From IMG/VR virus record IMGVR_UViG_3300009537_000013, positions 1 to 54,875 of that record: a DNA stretch of 54,875 nt, one strand, 5' to 3'. This stretch comes from a virus. Its lineage: Duplodnaviria; Caudoviricetes. Numbering within the stretch: the stretch's first letter is position 1; each line of letters opens with the position of its first letter. The notes beneath the pieces are model-generated. The model did not search any database, was not told the DNA's origin, and saw only the letters and a program-made list of their open reading frames with translations. Of the stretch, positions 8,835 through 18,190 are shown in pieces. Made by a program: the position numbers and the translations under genes.

Positions 8835-11659
8835 CAGTTCACCAGATTCGCCACGCCGGAAAGGATCCTGACAGTATCGATGCCCGATCGGTTACTAGTC
8901 GGCTCCACGCGAATGTCCGGCCGGCGATCACGACCGCCGATCCCGCCGGGACTACCGGCCACAGCATTCAGGATCCCGGACAGAAGCACCGTCTGACGCT
9001 CTGCCTCCGTCAGCTGCCGCTGCCTCTGCTGCTCCGCAACCTGGATCGCCCGGGATCCTGCGTTCTGCAACGCGAGACCGCCGAACGTTCCGCGAGCTTG
9101 CTGCGCCGACAGCACTCCGCCCGCTCCCGGAGTCGCGATGTTCGAGCCGAACCTGCGGAACGCATCGACAGCCTCCTGGAAGAAGTTCACCCTTGATCGT
9201 GTGCGAGCGCCACGATCGCCGGCTGCTCGCCTCGCAGCTTCGCGCTGCCGACGGATCCTGTCGCGCTGTTCCTCCCGGATCCCCTGAAGCTGCAACTGTG
9301 CCCCGATCAGTTCTGACCTGAGTCCACGCCGCTCTGCGTCCGTGAACCGCGCATCCCTTAGCTGCCGCTTCAGAACGGTAATCAGCTGCTCTGTGAACTT
9401 CGCATCGTCTTTCAAGTTCCGTGCCGTCAACTGAGCCCGCTGGATTTTCAGATTCGCCTCTTCGCGAGATGCCGCTGTTTGGTCGAGGAACAGCTGGCGT
9501 TCCGCGTCGGCGATCTGTTGCTGGATCGACACAAGCTCAGACTGGAACGAGAGCCGCTCCGCTGCCGTGAGCCGAGCGTTCCTTACCTGCTCACGAAGGA
9601 ACTCGATGATCTGATCCTGAGCGCTTCTGTCGTCAGCGGTCGTGCGCCGCGTTGTCTCGGCAATCTGAAGCTGAAGATTAAGTCTCTGCTGCTCCAGCTG
9701 GATCGAGTCCCGGAGGGCCCGTGCGGCTTCTTCGCGTCTGCGCTGTTCGGCGTCCGCAGCCAATTTCGCTGCCCGCTCGCGCTCGCGTGCAATCCGTTCC
9801 TGCTCACGGGCACGGGCTTCTTCTCTCGCGATGCCGGCCTCACGGATGCTGAGGATTTCCGCCTCTGCCGCGTCCTGCTCCTCATACAGCCGGATCAGGT
9901 TGTCCTTTTCCTTGGCCGATAGATCCTTCTGGCCCTCGATCCTGTCGATGAGCTTCTGAATGAACTCGGCTCGCCGCTGAAGAAGAGGAACACGAGACTC
10001 GTCCGACGTAGCGCGGAGGATCTTCAACTCGAAATCAGCATCAGTCGGACGCGCTCGAACGTCCCGCGCTTCGATCTGCGATGCCTGACTCGCGATATCC
10101 ACGATCGTCTTGCCGATCTGAGCAAGGTTCTTCTGAAGCGCAGTCGAGATGTTCTGCGCCATCTTCTCGCCGCCGTCCTCGCCACCCTTACCGATCGCGA
10201 ACTCGATGCCTGTTTTCAGGTTCGTGTAGACACCGAGTGGGCCCGTGCGTGTCACAACTTCCTTCGCCAACCGGCCCAGCCCGAGATCCGTTCCTGGAAT
10301 CCTGACACGCGCGATCCGTTCGATGCCCGAAGCAGCCTCGTTCGCCAAGCCCACGAGCGTCGTCAGATCCTCGATGAAGTCTGTGATGATCGGGCCCAAC
10401 ACTTGCCCGATGCCCAGCGCCAGCGTCTCCACGTTCGAGCGCAAGCCCTCCACGGCTCCGGCGAGCCCTTCCATCTTCGCCTGCGCAAGCCGGCCGGCGT
10501 TCCCTGTTTCAGTCACCGTGGCTGCGAGATCATCGAAGCCCTGCTCTCCTTCGCGAATAAAGATCGACGCTGCCCGGATCGCGTCAGTGCCGAAGATCCT
10601 TCTCAGCGAAGCGTCACGAGCCGCCGCGTCGAGACCGCTCAAAGCTTTCCCAAGATCGTCAAACACTTCCGGTCTGATGCTGCCGTTCGCATCACGGATC
10701 TGAACGTTCAGCTTCTTCAGTTCCTTCGCGCCTGCTGCCGACGGAGCCGCGAGGTTCAGCAGTGCCACACGAAGAGACGTTCCAGCGCGGCCTCCGAGGA
10801 TTCCGTTCTTCGCGAGGAGCGCGATAAAGGTAGCTGTGTCCTCAATGCTCACCCCGGTCTGACGCGCAACCGCTGATGCTTGTGCGAGCGCGAAAGACAT
10901 ATCCCCGATCTCGCCCTGAGCAGCGATGGCAGCGCCGGCCAGAAGATCCGCTACGCGCACCGCTTCCGAGCCCGCAAGCCCGAAAGCGTTCAGCGCAGAG
11001 CCAGCAACCTTCGCGGCTGTCGCGTTGTCTGTCTCTGCGGCAGCGGCCAGCTGAAGCGTTCCCTTCGCTGCGTCCATCGCTTCCTGCACATCGAGACCGG
11101 CCTTCGCAAGCTCCGTCATCGCCTCTGCCGCATCCGTTGCCGACGTTCCCGGAAGCGTGATGTCTGCTCCTAGTTCCTTCGCTCGACGTGATACGTCTCT
11201 CATCTCGTCGCCGGTCGCCTTCGCGATCTGCTGAAACACATTCAGCTGCTTCTCGAAGGACGCAAACTGCTTCAGCGAAAACAGCGCTCCAGCGCCAGCT
11301 GCGGCAGCGGCAGCGCCAAGAGGACTAAGACCCAGCAGAGCCGCCCGAGACGCAGCAGATGTTCCCTGGAGCGCTGCGCCGGCTGCTCCTGCGGATCCAG
11401 CCAAGCGGGTCTGAGACGCGGCTAGCTGATTCGTGGAGCCCGTAGCCGCACGCTGAGTCCCGGCCAGCTGCCCCGTGGCGGTAGCAAGCCGAGCCGTCTC
11501 ACGAGTCGCACTGGCCTCTGCCGCCGCGAGAGACCGCGTGCTACCAGCCTGAGCCGACACGGCCGCAGCCGCCGGCTTCACCTGCCGCTCTAACTCCGGC
11601 AGAAAGCCAGTCGTGAGCGGACGAATCGCGACGAACGCAGTTCCGAGAATCTCAGACAT
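8834..11659 (-). CDS. Tape measure protein
   Basis: 941-aa Ala-rich helical protein with a TP901-type core (AKELG..SATDAAEAMTELAKAG), downstream of the chaperones. Confidence 0.93.
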   Translation of the reverse strand: MSEILGTAFVAIRPLTTGFLPELERQVKPAAAAVSAQAGSTRSLAAAEASATRETARLATATGQLAGTQRAATGSTNQLAASQTRLAGSAGAAGAALQGTSAASRAALLGLSPLGAAAAAAGAGALFSLKQFASFEKQLNVFQQIAKATGDEMRDVSRRAKELGADITLPGTSATDAAEAMTELAKAGLDVQEAMDAAKGTLQLAAAAETDNATAAKVAGSALNAFGLAGSEAVRVADLLAGAAIAAQGEIGDMSFALAQASAVARQTGVSIEDTATFIALLAKNGILGGRAGTSLRVALLNLAAPSAAGAKELKKLNVQIRDANGSIRPEVFDDLGKALSGLDAAARDASLRRIFGTDAIRAASIFIREGEQGFDDLAATVTETGNAGRLAQAKMEGLAGAVEGLRSNVETLALGIGQVLGPIITDFIEDLTTLVGLANEAASGIERIARVRIPGTDLGLGRLAKEVVTRTGPLGVYTNLKTGIEFAIGKGGEDGGEKMAQNISTALQKNLAQIGKTIVDIASQASQIEARDVRARPTDADFELKILRATSDESRVPLLQRRAEFIQKLIDRIEGQKDLSAKEKDNLIRLYEEQDAAEAEILSIREAGIAREEARAREQERIARERERAAKLAADAEQRRREEAARALRDSIQLEQQRLNLQLQIAETTRRTTADDRSAQDQIIEFLREQVRNARLTAAERLSFQSELVSIQQQIADAERQLFLDQTAASREEANLKIQRAQLTARNLKDDAKFTEQLITVLKRQLRDARFTDAERRGLRSELIGAQLQLQGIREEQRDRIRRQREAARRAAGDRGARTRSRVNFFQEAVDAFRRFGSNIATPGAGGVLSAQQARGTFGGLALQNAGSRAIQVAEQQRQRQLTEAERQTVLLSGILNAVAGSPGGIGGRDRRPDIRVEPTSNRSGIDTVRILSGVANLVN

Positions 11660-11990
11660 TCGGTCTCTTCACCGGCCTCTGCGTACCCATCGACGCGCGC
11701 AGCTGCTCGTCCTTCCCGAACTGACCCTTCGCTTCGAGCATCCTGCGCGCCTCGGCACGCCGACGCTCCTCACGAGTCATCTCGTGATCGAACTTCTCCT
11801 CCAGGCGACGATTCAGTGTGTCGCGACCGTCAGGATCGAGTCCCTCTGCGAGAAATGCGTAAGTGACGTTGCACAGTTGCCTGAGCGACAAGTCGCCTAA
11901 GCTCCCTCCCCCTGCGTAGAGGATGCGACCTTCGATGCTGTTCCAGGCTTCGATTGCTGTCCAGAAGAGTCGCCTGACTGCACGGTAGGG
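11652..11990 (-). CDS. Tail assembly chaperone extension, reached by predicted -1 frameshift
   Basis: The -1 frame is open from the RPT site: PYRAVRRLFWTAIEAWNSIEGRILYAGGGSLGDLSLRQLCNVTYAFL... Confidence 0.7.
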   Translation of the reverse strand, partial: PYRAVRRLFWTAIEAWNSIEGRILYAGGGSLGDLSLRQLCNVTYAFLAEGLDPDGRDTLNRRLEEKFDHEMTREERRRAEARRMLEAKGQFGKDEQLRASMGTQRPVKRPNV

Positions 11991-12301
11991 CGGCCAGAAG
12001 TAACCTCCGTGATGTGACGCAGAACCTCCACGATGTCATCCGTGGAGAGCGCGTCGTCTCCGGTTCGATTCCTGATCGCCTTCCACTTCGGATGCTGCTC
12101 CGGAGGGATCATCGAGAGCACGAAATCGTCCATCGCCTCCAGCGCCTCACTAGATGAACGCTTCGGATCAGTCACGATATCCTCATACGAAGCGGCAACG
12201 CTCGCAGACACGACAGCGGCGAATGTGAACTCCTCGCCGCCGATCCGGAACGAGCGATCTGGATTCACTCGCTCAGCACGGATGATGTCGAAGTCCTTCA
12301 C
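11897..12301 (-). CDS. Tail assembly chaperone
   Basis: Upstream of the tape measure. FRIGGEEF motif, and GRPT followed by a low-complexity tail. Confidence 0.8.
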   Translation of the reverse strand: MKDFDIIRAERVNPDRSFRIGGEEFTFAAVVSASVAASYEDIVTDPKRSSSEALEAMDDFVLSMIPPEQHPKWKAIRNRTGDDALSTDDIVEVLRHITEVTSGRPTVQSGDSSGQQSKPGTASKVASSTQGEGA

Positions 12302-12350
12302 GTGGAACCCCCTAGATTCGATTGCCTCGTGAGAATACTGAGCGGCACGG

Positions 12351-12671
12351 CTAGAGCGCCGCCCTCAGCGACGGACGAAGATACGGATACGGAGGCGCGC
12401 GATCCGTGCCAAGCTCCACATAGCCGGCGTATTCCACGTTCGAGCCTATGATCGCGGCCAGATCTCCCTCGATGACCGCGAACTCCCAGTGGATCGAGGA
12501 GCGCAGCCGGCCAGTCTGCACGTTCGGGCCCGGACGCCCACTCGCGTTCACCTTCGCCTGAGACTCCACCCGGATCGCACGCCGCGCCAGCGAGATACCC
12601 CACGGGCTCGCGGGGCTCGAAAAGAGATTCTCGACGCCGGCCGGGTTCGGAATGAACGCCACATCAGCCAT
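12351..12671 (-). CDS. HK97 gp10-like neck / tail-completion protein
   Basis: VQTGRLRSSI, IGSNVEYAGYVELGT and PYLRP motifs. Start at the TGATG overlap at 12671. Confidence 0.8.
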   Translation of the reverse strand: MADVAFIPNPAGVENLFSSPASPWGISLARRAIRVESQAKVNASGRPGPNVQTGRLRSSIHWEFAVIEGDLAAIIGSNVEYAGYVELGTDRAPPYPYLRPSLRAAL

Positions 12672-13192
12672 CAGGGGCTCACCGTGTAACCCTCGATCGC
12701 TGTGCGAACCTGCCAGACCCAGCCGCCGCAACCTCCAGCATCGTTCAGCGGGTTCGGCGGATCCACATAGATCGCCTGGCAGCGCCCCTCGAACAGCGAT
12801 CCCTGCCGTGCGGCAGTCGTGATGAAGTTCCACGTCGCCCAGAGATCCTGATGGATCTGAAGCGAAGCAGCGTTCATCTCCGTCGTGTTCGGCAGCTGGC
12901 CGGCGACAGGCTGCGGAGTGCAACGCACAGTCCACGCCGCGAGCGTCAGCAGATTGATCCAGCCCACCTGCGTTCTGTGGCCCACCTGAGCCGGCGGACT
13001 GTTCGGAGCCGTGTTCTCCATCGCGATCGAACTCGCGGCCACGATGATCGCGGGGCAGCAGTCGATAGAAGGAAGCTCAGGAGCGACGTACTGAGTGGCA
13101 GGAGCCCCGGCGTCCGTGGTCGCCAGAGCAGACGCGATCAGCGCGAGAAGCTCCTGCGCGAAGTCATAAACCGTGGAGACATCGTTCGGCAC
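12671..13192 (-). CDS. Neck / tail terminator-like protein
   Basis: Synteny, plus a VRC..P and GGCGGW pattern. Confidence 0.6.
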   Translation of the reverse strand: MPNDVSTVYDFAQELLALIASALATTDAGAPATQYVAPELPSIDCCPAIIVAASSIAMENTAPNSPPAQVGHRTQVGWINLLTLAAWTVRCTPQPVAGQLPNTTEMNAASLQIHQDLWATWNFITTAARQGSLFEGRCQAIYVDPPNPLNDAGGCGGWVWQVRTAIEGYTVSP

Positions 13193-13194
13193 AC

Positions 13195-14067
13195 TCAGTC
13201 TCCGATCCTCTCAGGGTAACGTGGCACATCTGGGCTCCACACAGACGGACGCCGGCGAAGCCTGTTCGGGTTATACGCCGACAGGAACGCATCGACGTTC
13301 ACGAGCCCCGTCGCCCAGTTCTTATCCTTCAGGCCCCACGCCACGAACGGAGCCTTCTCGATCTGGATTCCCTGCCTCGTGAGCTTCGTCGTCCCCTCCG
13401 GGATTTTGCAGTCCGCGCTCGATCCACCGGAAGCGCACTGGAGATAGATCTGGCAGGCAAGCTGCTTCGCCGCCTCCTGCCCGAGCACCGGAGGGCTCAT
13501 TCCGTGGCTGTACGTGACCTCCCACGTTCCGCTCTCAGTAGACGGCAGATCGAGACGCTGGCATGACGGCCAGAACTGCTTCGAGCCGTCCGCAGCCGCC
13601 ATCCGCGTCAGCCACTTGTATTCGTCCAGGCGATACTCGGTCGCCGCGAGAACAGCCCCGTCGATCTTGACGCTGAGAATGTCCGTCACCGGAAAGTCAG
13701 CGAGCAAGATCCGCGACAGGGGCCCGCAGCCGCAGACGTTCCCGCACGACTCATAGCCCCAGCCCCAGCCGGCGGATCCCCAGAAGCCCCACGACCAGAG
13801 CGGAACCTGCGGAACCTGAGCGGGGCTCACGAGCCAGTCCGCCCCCCAGCATGAGCAGTAAGGCTGGCACGGCCTGACCGTCCTCGTGCATTCCCCGAGG
13901 AACTGCCGGCCCGAAAGCTCGAAGAGAAGCTGCGAGGCGGCCGAGACCGCGTTCGCCATCAGATCGAAGTCTGTCCCGATCCCGGCAGCAGAACAGCACT
14001 CCGCCGCCTCTTCCGTCGTGATCCAATCGACGCAGGGGCCCGAGACGGGAACCTCCAGGGAACTCAT
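13195..14067 (-). CDS. Head-to-tail adaptor
   Basis: ASQLLFELSGRQF..TVRPC, WPSCQ, VTY..G..PP and LTRQG motifs. Confidence 0.8.
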   Translation of the reverse strand: MSSLEVPVSGPCVDWITTEEAAECCSAAGIGTDFDLMANAVSAASQLLFELSGRQFLGECTRTVRPCQPYCSCWGADWLVSPAQVPQVPLWSWGFWGSAGWGWGYESCGNVCGCGPLSRILLADFPVTDILSVKIDGAVLAATEYRLDEYKWLTRMAAADGSKQFWPSCQRLDLPSTESGTWEVTYSHGMSPPVLGQEAAKQLACQIYLQCASGGSSADCKIPEGTTKLTRQGIQIEKAPFVAWGLKDKNWATGLVNVDAFLSAYNPNRLRRRPSVWSPDVPRYPERIGD

Positions 14068-14099
14068 CTCGGGCCTCCTCTCGTCGTCTCAGACTGTCC

Positions 14100-14768
14100 T
14101 TACGATGCCGGCGTGATCGACTGATACGCGCACGAGCCAGCCGGCGGAGCCGTAGCTTGTGCCCAGACAGAGCCGAGATCGCCAACTGAACCGGCACTCG
14201 GGGGCCCGTCACCGTAGGGGCCAGTGCCCCACTGATCGTTACCCTCGGAGTAGCCCACGAGGTTCGGCAGGAAGAACTCTCCAGCGCCAAGCGTGGAGGG
14301 CCCAATCTGCCAGCGTGTAAGCGGCCAGACCCAGTGCCAGTACGGCCGGATGGAGTCCTGCTGATTTCCGTCCCAGTTGTAGCTCCACACTTCGAGAGCC
14401 ACCTTCGGGGGCGGATCCGCAGCACAGTCCGTGCCGGACGGCCAATCCAGGCCCACGATATCCGCTGAGTCGAGGATCGCTGCTCCGCCGATCATCAGCG
14501 TGATAAGCCCGGGCTCGATCGCGCCCAGATTGATCTCGAACGTGAATCGCTTCAGGAGATCCGGGCCACGGTATGAAGCCACGATGCAGTCGCATCCCGA
14601 CTTCTGCGTAACGTCCGCGCCCTCCTCCTGCTCCGGCGTGACACTGATGTCAACCAGATTGTCCGTGACCCAGTAGTTATCGCTACCGGGATCCACGTTC
14701 CCCGTATCGTCCAGGAGCGTCACGCGCAACCCACACGCGAGGATAGATGCACTACATTCAGAAGCCAC
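14100..14768 (-). CDS. Major tail (tube) protein
   Basis: LRVTLLDD.G, EEG...QKSGC..C and ALEVWS motifs. Strong SD GAGGAGG. Synteny. Confidence 0.75.
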   Translation of the reverse strand: MASECSASILACGLRVTLLDDTGNVDPGSDNYWVTDNLVDISVTPEQEEGADVTQKSGCDCIVASYRGPDLLKRFTFEINLGAIEPGLITLMIGGAAILDSADIVGLDWPSGTDCAADPPPKVALEVWSYNWDGNQQDSIRPYWHWVWPLTRWQIGPSTLGAGEFFLPNLVGYSEGNDQWGTGPYGDGPPSAGSVGDLGSVWAQATAPPAGSCAYQSITPAS

Positions 14769-14836
14769 GTGTTATCCCTCCTCTCGTGGGGATTGATTGG
14801 CTCGCGTGGCGCGAGTATTAATCGCCGAGAGCTTCA

Positions 14837-15679
14837 CTAGCAGCATCCGCTGAGATCCAGAAGTGTCCCGGCTTGAAGCGCTGTATCCCAGTCAACTAGG
14901 TAATGGCGCTCCGCTCGATACGTGATCGAGTTTACTTCCCTGTCTAGTGCCTCAGACACATTCGCAGGGATAGTTTCGATAGCAGTTCTCCGGATCTGAA
15001 TGGGGCCCGTAGCATAAATCCAGGCTTCGTCTACGCCAAGCGTTCCAACCGAATCGGGGAACTGCCCGACATATCCGGTTCCCACCACGATCGGGGTTCC
15101 CCTCATGGTGAAAAGCTGATTACTTCTATGCTGAACCAGATACGCCGAAGAAAGAGCGATGCTCGCAGCCGGCGACACATGAATGATGCCTCCGCGCGCC
15201 GTAACAGCGATAGCGTCCTCTAGTCTCCCAAGAGCACGAACGGGAGACTCGGCCGAAGCGCTGATTACGTCCAGGTTCGAGTCGTTCAGATACGGGTTAA
15301 GAGGCAACGCCGCGCCAGAAGCAAACTCGATCTCAACTGCGTAAGATTCTGAGGCTCCCAGCGCTATTTCTGCTCGTGCTTTGAACTCTTCCTGAGAAGA
15401 GATCGAGCGAGGGGTACAGGTCTCTGACAGATAGATCGTGTATGCGCCGAACTCGGGCAACGGAATGATTCCCCCGTCCGCCTTAATGCGATCCGATCCC
15501 GCTGAGCATGGATCGAAAGACACTGGAACATCGTCCGGATAGGAATGGACTCCTACTCCGTTAAGCCAGTGCTCGTCGGGCTCATCGATGATCGTCGCGA
15601 CATCGATGAGCCGATACGGAGGAGGAACAGGAGCGGGCCCATCGATGTAGAACGGGGGCCCCATCAGATTAGTGCTCAT
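14837..15679 (-). CDS. Second capsid protein (pentamer-type / minor capsid)
   Basis: Directly after the major capsid gene. LEDAIA..GIIH, GTPIVVGTGY and WIYATG..AER patterns, as in cluster-B-like actinophage heads. Confidence 0.65.
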   Translation of the reverse strand: MSTNLMGPPFYIDGPAPVPPPYRLIDVATIIDEPDEHWLNGVGVHSYPDDVPVSFDPCSAGSDRIKADGGIIPLPEFGAYTIYLSETCTPRSISSQEEFKARAEIALGASESYAVEIEFASGAALPLNPYLNDSNLDVISASAESPVRALGRLEDAIAVTARGGIIHVSPAASIALSSAYLVQHRSNQLFTMRGTPIVVGTGYVGQFPDSVGTLGVDEAWIYATGPIQIRRTAIETIPANVSEALDREVNSITYRAERHYLVDWDTALQAGTLLDLSGCC

Positions 15680-15717
15680 CTCCTGCTCCTCCTCCTCTGG
15701 TTCGATTCAGCCTGCTA

Positions 15718-17562
15718 TCAGCAGGTGATCCCGACTCCGTCGCTTGCGACGAAGCCAGCCTCACCACTCCAGCAGATCGTCGAAGTGACCTTCAGTGACT
15801 CGACGCCCGCGAACGCGATGTTCTCGAACGTCTCGCCGAAGATCTGGTAGTCGTTCGTGCTGTTCAGGGACGAATCACGAACGATGCCGAGATTCAGTTC
15901 CCCACCGTCCAGGAAGAGGAAGCTCCCCTCCGGGAAGATGTACCAGATCAGGCTCGTCGGGAAGTCATCCAAAGCGCCGGCAGCCTGCGCGCCGAACACC
16001 TGGCCTCCGCCCGTCTCACCATCGGGGGTGAAGGACACATCGACTTGTGCGACTTCGCTGAGGAAGCTCACGACGCCCTCGCGGCTCTGACCGAAGCGGT
16101 AGAACTGCGAGGCTCCGAGATCCGCTGCCAGCACGTCCACGGCCCATTCCGGGAAGATCGCCCGGAAGCGCCGGTTCCGTACTGTGCGATGCCTGGAGCG
16201 CATACCAGCCGCAGCCTTCAGAACGGCCTGAAGGATCGACGTGTAAGCGCCCTGGAGCGCTGCCTGCGTGACAGGGGTAGACGCGGCAGCGATGCCGTCG
16301 AGCAGTTGCGTCTCTGCTGTGCGCGCATGAGCAGCCATCGTCAGGTCATTGAACTGAGCAACCATCTCGGGGAAGGCCCGACTGTTGAGGTTCCCGTACT
16401 GCACGCAGTGGTAAACCATCGACAGATCGACTTCCGAGAACGTCGGGCAGGACACAACCTGGCACGTCTTGGCTGCGAACGTTCCGCCTGCCTCGTCATC
16501 AGCTGCCGTCTTAATCCCCACGGCAGTCGTGACATCAGCAAGCGTCGGAGGCGCTGCGAGATTGATCCCGCCGCGCGTTGCCGCGAAGCCCGCGAGCGCA
16601 TCCCTCACCGGACGATGCGGCGATGAGATGTTCTGAAGCTCGTAGAACGGCGTCACGGGAGCGCAGAGACCGCCGGTCGCAACCAGGGACTCTTCCCCGA
16701 TCACAGCGTCGATCTTCGCCTGGTCTGACGGATCGCCGTACAACTTCCGCTCCTCCGGCCACTGTTCGCCGTAGTTCACGGACGCCACGATCACGTCCTC
16801 CCGAACGCCCTGCGGCGTCGAGGACATTCGCTGCCTCTTCGCCATAACCGCCTCTGCGAGTGAGAGACGATCGAGCTTCTTCCCTTCAGCGACACCCTCG
16901 ATTCCGCTCGAAGCCGTGAACGCGGCTCCGGCAGCTTCGGATGCGACCGGCTGACGCTCCTTCGAGACCTTCGGAAGCGGCCGGCGAGAGAACGCGCGAA
17001 CGTCCTTCTTCTTCGGCTCTTCCTTCGGCTCGTCGGCAGACGCAGCAACGGGTTCGGGCTCCTTCACTTCCTCCTTCGCGTCGGCTGCGGACTCGTCGGC
17101 GTCGGCCTCAGCGACCGGCTCTGCTGCTGGCTCCCCCGAGGGCTCTTCCGTCTCTTCCGCCTTCGCGTCAGCGTCAGACTCGGCGACTACCTCTGCCTCT
17201 TCCTCGGACTCTTCCTTCTCGTCCTCGGACTCTTCGGCTTCGGCCTTCACTTCGTCTGTTTCCTTCTCTTCGTCGCTCGGCTCCGGTAGGCCAGCGCGAT
17301 CCGTGAGCTTCTTCAACTCGGAGGCGAACTCCTCGTCGGCTTCATTCCTGGCGTCCATCTCCGCCCGGATCTTCTCGATGTCCTCTACGCCTGCCTGAAG
17401 CTCATCGAGAACTTCCTTCATGGAGCGGTCGCCGAGAAGCTCTGGATCCTTGTCGCCCACTTTGCGAGCAAGTTCCTGGTGCTGCGCGAGCAGTTCCCTC
17501 AGATCTTCATTCTCGATCTGAGCGAGATCCCTCGGCAGCCCGGGAAAGATCTTCTCAGCCAT
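15718..17562 (-). CDS. Major capsid protein with an N-terminal acidic scaffold region
   Basis: Glu/Ala-rich N-terminus followed by LVATGGLCAP..YEL and LGIVRDSSLNSTNDY..FGETFE. Confidence 0.88.
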   Translation of the reverse strand: MAEKIFPGLPRDLAQIENEDLRELLAQHQELARKVGDKDPELLGDRSMKEVLDELQAGVEDIEKIRAEMDARNEADEEFASELKKLTDRAGLPEPSDEEKETDEVKAEAEESEDEKEESEEEAEVVAESDADAKAEETEEPSGEPAAEPVAEADADESAADAKEEVKEPEPVAASADEPKEEPKKKDVRAFSRRPLPKVSKERQPVASEAAGAAFTASSGIEGVAEGKKLDRLSLAEAVMAKRQRMSSTPQGVREDVIVASVNYGEQWPEERKLYGDPSDQAKIDAVIGEESLVATGGLCAPVTPFYELQNISSPHRPVRDALAGFAATRGGINLAAPPTLADVTTAVGIKTAADDEAGGTFAAKTCQVVSCPTFSEVDLSMVYHCVQYGNLNSRAFPEMVAQFNDLTMAAHARTAETQLLDGIAAASTPVTQAALQGAYTSILQAVLKAAAGMRSRHRTVRNRRFRAIFPEWAVDVLAADLGASQFYRFGQSREGVVSFLSEVAQVDVSFTPDGETGGGQVFGAQAAGALDDFPTSLIWYIFPEGSFLFLDGGELNLGIVRDSSLNSTNDYQIFGETFENIAFAGVESLKVTSTICWSGEAGFVASDGVGITC

Positions 17563-17676
17563 CCCTCTCTTCTCCTTCTCGTCGTTTCGGGGTTACAGCG
17601 ACTAGCGCCGGTTCCTATGGAAACGACTTGCGCCGGGAGGCTATGTCTCCAGGCTGCCTGCGCCGGAAGGTATCAC
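17563..17676 (-). promoter_or_regulatory. Capsid promoter (TGnTACCTT) and structured 5' leader
   Basis: Extended -10 at 17667-17675, three CCGGCGC repeats and two hairpins with CATAG loops. Confidence 0.55.
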
Positions 17677-17715
17677 GGTCATCGGACGGACGGGTACAGA
17701 GCGGGTACACCGAAG

Positions 17716-17766
17716 ATCACCCTTCTGAGGGATGCAACTGTACCCAGGTACACCGATAATAGGAAC
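17716..17766 (+). promoter_or_regulatory. Conserved element copy 2
   Basis: ATCACC-N6-AGGGAT, TGTACCCAGGTACA, CCGATAAT-N6-ATG. Confidence 0.8.
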
Positions 17767-17943
17767 ATGACCACTTACGAGAACCTCTCAGATCCGCAGG
17801 GCGCATGGGACAGCGAATCCAGGAAGTCGCCCTACTCGACAGTCTGTGATCCGAACGAGGATGACTTCTGCGAGGAGTGTCAGCAGGACGTGGACTACAG
17901 CGACGGCAGCGAACACGGTAAGTGCGGCTGCGAAAACGCCTAG
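17767..17943 (+). CDS. Small acidic Cys-containing protein (58 aa), leaderless
   Basis: ATG lies 6 nt after GATAAT. Asp/Glu-rich with CEEC and CGC. Confidence 0.7.
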   Translation: MTTYENLSDPQGAWDSESRKSPYSTVCDPNEDDFCEECQQDVDYSDGSEHGKCGCENA

Positions 17944-18049
17944 CGAGAAGGAGGGCGCAATGATGGACGGTCGGGAGCGCCAGCGTTCAGGATCTCCGGA
18001 TTCTCAGCTGCCGGAGGTGCCACGCGGAGGCGAAGAAGAGGGGCATCTA

Positions 18050-18190
18050 ATGAAGCTCCTCTGCCGCATCCTCGGGCACAAGCCGAAGCGCCGCGTGTTC
18101 CCCTACCTCCAGGGACTCACGAGCGATGATGTCGCCTCCTGGACGGAATGCGGGCGCTGCGGCCGGACGCTCGATTCTCCGTTCAGCTAG
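18050..18190 (+). CDS. Small Zn-finger-like protein (DUF1660-like)
   Basis: MKLLCRILGHK...CGRCG. GAGGGG SD. Confidence 0.6.
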   Translation: MKLLCRILGHKPKRRVFPYLQGLTSDDVASWTECGRCGRTLDSPFS

